Assembly: GCF_001194135.2 (NCBI RefSeq) | Contig: NC_068981.1 | Span: forward strand, 100,705,657 to 100,769,656 | Reading direction: 5' to 3' | Length of the DNA stretch: 64,000 nt | Source: Octopus bimaculoides | Taxonomy: Eukaryota | In this document: in pieces, positions 61,860-64,000 of the stretch | How the letters are laid out: each line of letters begins with the position of its first letter | How positions within the stretch are numbered: the first letter of the stretch is position 1 | The notes under the pieces: generated by a model | What the model was told of the DNA's origin: nothing | Database searches by the model: none | The model's input: only the letters and a program-made list of their open reading frames with translations | Program-made: the position numbers and the translations under genes

Positions 61860-62074
61860 GAGCATTTAATCTTGCCTTATCTGGCCCAAATATTCTACCT
61901 GTCCTATGTTAAAACTGAGAAGATCCAACCTCTCACACCTACTCTATAATGTCATTCTAAAAATATACAAATACACCATTAAAATTTTGAAGCTAGAAGA
62001 TAATGCATGATTAATTCAAGACAATGTGAATAAATAAGCATTACATTTGACAAAGAAATCTGAATGAGAAAGGG
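61860..62074 (+). mobile_element. piggyBac-type MITE copy
   Basis: Homologous to 9527-9723; ends gaaaggg|ttaa. Confidence 0.75.
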
Positions 62075-62421
62075 TTAAAGATGATTTAGTTGTTAGAGTA
62101 TTCTAATTACATGGTAGTTACAGGTATATACAGGTATATATTTACTGGTGTATATTCTTGATATTTACAAGTATATATCAGCTGAACTGGTTAGAGCTAT
62201 TTCAATAAGTGAAATTAAGCTTTTAAAGATGATTTAGTTGCCATAGTATTCTAATTACTTGATGTTTACAAATATAGGTATATTTTTATTCTTGAAATTT
62301 GCCTGCATACATTTAAAAAAAATTATTTTCGTTTTCTTTTTTACTGTTTTGTTATATGTCTTTTTTATGTTTATACATTTTTCTTTACTAATAATTTGTT
62401 TCCTGTGCTTTTATCTTGAAG

Positions 62422-62541
62422 GTTGATCTCACAAGAGAGTTCATCTTCCGAAATAGTGGTCAGACTTACAATGGAATCCCTGTTATGGCATCAAATATGG
62501 ATACAGTTGGAACTTTTGAAATGGCTATTACTCTTGCCAAG
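62422..62541 (+). CDS. GMPR: GMP reductase coding exon 2 (120 nt); gene continues beyond the window
   Basis: ttgaag|GTT GAT CTC ... GCC AAG|gtttgt = [40 protein letters not shown], containing the hallmark [11 protein letters not shown]; phase 0 joins exon 1. Confidence 0.96.
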
Positions 62542-62921
62542 GTTTGTTAAATTGTTAAATGCATTGTTAAATTTTTAAGTGTCATTATTAAAGTCTGACT
62601 TGGTAGAGTACAGGAAAAATACCCTGTGATAGTCATCTCCCTTCATATTCAGATTTCCTCATAGGGATTGTCATCTTTCTGTAGTTGATAGCATAAATAC
62701 TATACCATTCCTCTGGTTGTTGCTTTGTAACTTTGGCATATTTGATATATCATGTACTTCAACCCATTTGTTTGTTTGATGGAATTTTGATTCCTTATTA
62801 AGATTATGTTTAGTTATTCAGTTATGAAGGGGTATTTTTCTTGCTATGCATTACACTTCGTGAATTTCAACCCAATGAATGTTTTTCAAACCAACAACAT
62901 AGCCATATTATTTAATGAAAG

Positions 62922-63260
62922 TGCATGACTCAGTGGTTAGAGCATCAGGCTTACAATTGTGAGGTTGTGGGTTCGATTCTCTGACTAGGATGTGTGTTGT
63001 GTTCTTGAGCAAGACATTTTATTTTATGTTGCTCCTGTTCACTCAGCTGTAGAAATGAGTTGTGACGTCACTGGTTTCAAGTTGTATTGGCCTTTGCCTT
63101 TCCCCCAGGATAACATTGGTGGCATGGAGATGGGAGACTGGTATGCATGGGTGACTGTTTGTCTTCTACAAAACAGCCTTGCCTGGACTTGTGCCTCACA
63201 GGGGAACTCTCTAGGTGCAATCCTATGGTCATTCATGAAGGAAGGGGATCTTTACCCTTT
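62922..63260 (+). mobile_element. tRNA-headed SINE (fourth family)
   Basis: A box tgactcagtgg, B box ggttcgattct, then gttcttgagcaagaca...cactcagctgtagaaatgagt body. Confidence 0.6.
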
Positions 63261-64000
63261 ACTATTTAATGAGACTAACAGTTTAATGTGGGACCTGAAC
63301 TAGGCAGTTGAAGAGAGGGCATTCAGAGATAAACACAATTTTACAGTTATGACATTATTTAGATGGCTACTGTGATGGAAGGTTTAAATAAAAGGCCTGA
63401 AATAATATATAATGGATGTATTATAATGACGATGAAGAAAAACACTTTAAAAAAACAAGGAGAAATGTTGGAAGGTGGCAATGGTCTAAAAGCTAGCTTC
63501 ACAGAGGAAGGAAAGTTTGATCAATAGAACAGCTGAACTTTTATGAAAACCTGAAAATGGGTGGACTTATCAAAGTATTTGTAGAAGCAATTGATAAGAA
63601 ATGCTAAGTTGCTAATGACTGCTTAAGATACATCCTTCAAATGAGTGATATCTGTATGAAAGCTGGTGATTAGTATCAGAAAAGGGTAGCTTTATTTTTA
63701 CATGTCTCACAAGTTAATTGGTCTCAACTTGAGATATTCAAGTAATCTGACTATATTTAATAAAAGAGAGAAAGAAAAAGCAAAAAAGTATGTTTGCTGA
63801 AAGTCAGGAAAACAAAATTTGTTGTTGTTATTATTTTTATCGTTATTATTAAGATGGAGCTGGCAGAATCGTTCGTACCTGAGGCAAAATACTTAATGCC
63901 AAAATTTGAAGCCATTATTATTATTATTATTATTATTATCATTATTACGTGATGAAAACTCACAGCTTATTTTGCTGGGTATTATTATGGAAAGTGTCAG

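Noticed and set aside
62078-62300. Short local duplications (about 148-bp period here; 17-mer at 56880-56920; 25-mer at 41521-41572)
   Set aside because: Ordinary slippage-type tandem duplications with no sign of function.
63300-63760. Possible L1/Tx1 RT C-terminal remnant (ENLKMGGL-like)
   Set aside because: Too degenerate to support without a profile search.
1-64000. CRISPR arrays, rRNA genes, operons or prokaryotic systems
   Set aside because: None seen; the sequence is intron-containing eukaryotic DNA and its repeats are dispersed TEs, not repeat-spacer arrays.

Overview
AT-rich, repeat-dense eukaryotic (metazoan) genomic DNA with large introns and nine N-gaps, several next to microsatellites. 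The repeat spectrum (tRNA-headed SINEs with central TA/TG microsatellites, RTE tails, mariners, Penelope-like remnants) suggests an octopus/cephalopod genome; this is inference. Three conserved genes were assembled by hand from GT-AG exons, none recoverable as a whole from the ORF track: (1) the first coding exon of BUD31/G10 on the minus strand (1511-1604), with the rest outside the window; (2) a complete six-exon PDAP1 on the plus strand (2170-22155, 176 aa); (3) the first two coding exons of a GMP reductase (41840-41926 and 62422-62541). BUD31 and PDAP1 sit head-to-head about 565 bp apart around a CCAAT+ETS promoter, the same divergent arrangement as in human 7q22.1. The rest is transposon debris. 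Notable items are an internally deleted piggyBac together with its ~200-bp MITE family, four mariner remnants, hAT MITEs, RTE, CR1-like and Penelope-like fragments, several foldback palindromes, and two minimal hammerhead-ribozyme-like motifs. One hammerhead lies in a composite of Penelope 3' end, tRNA-like Pol III head and hammerhead. Gene coordinates were counted by hand to the splice sites; boundaries of degenerate repeats are approximate.
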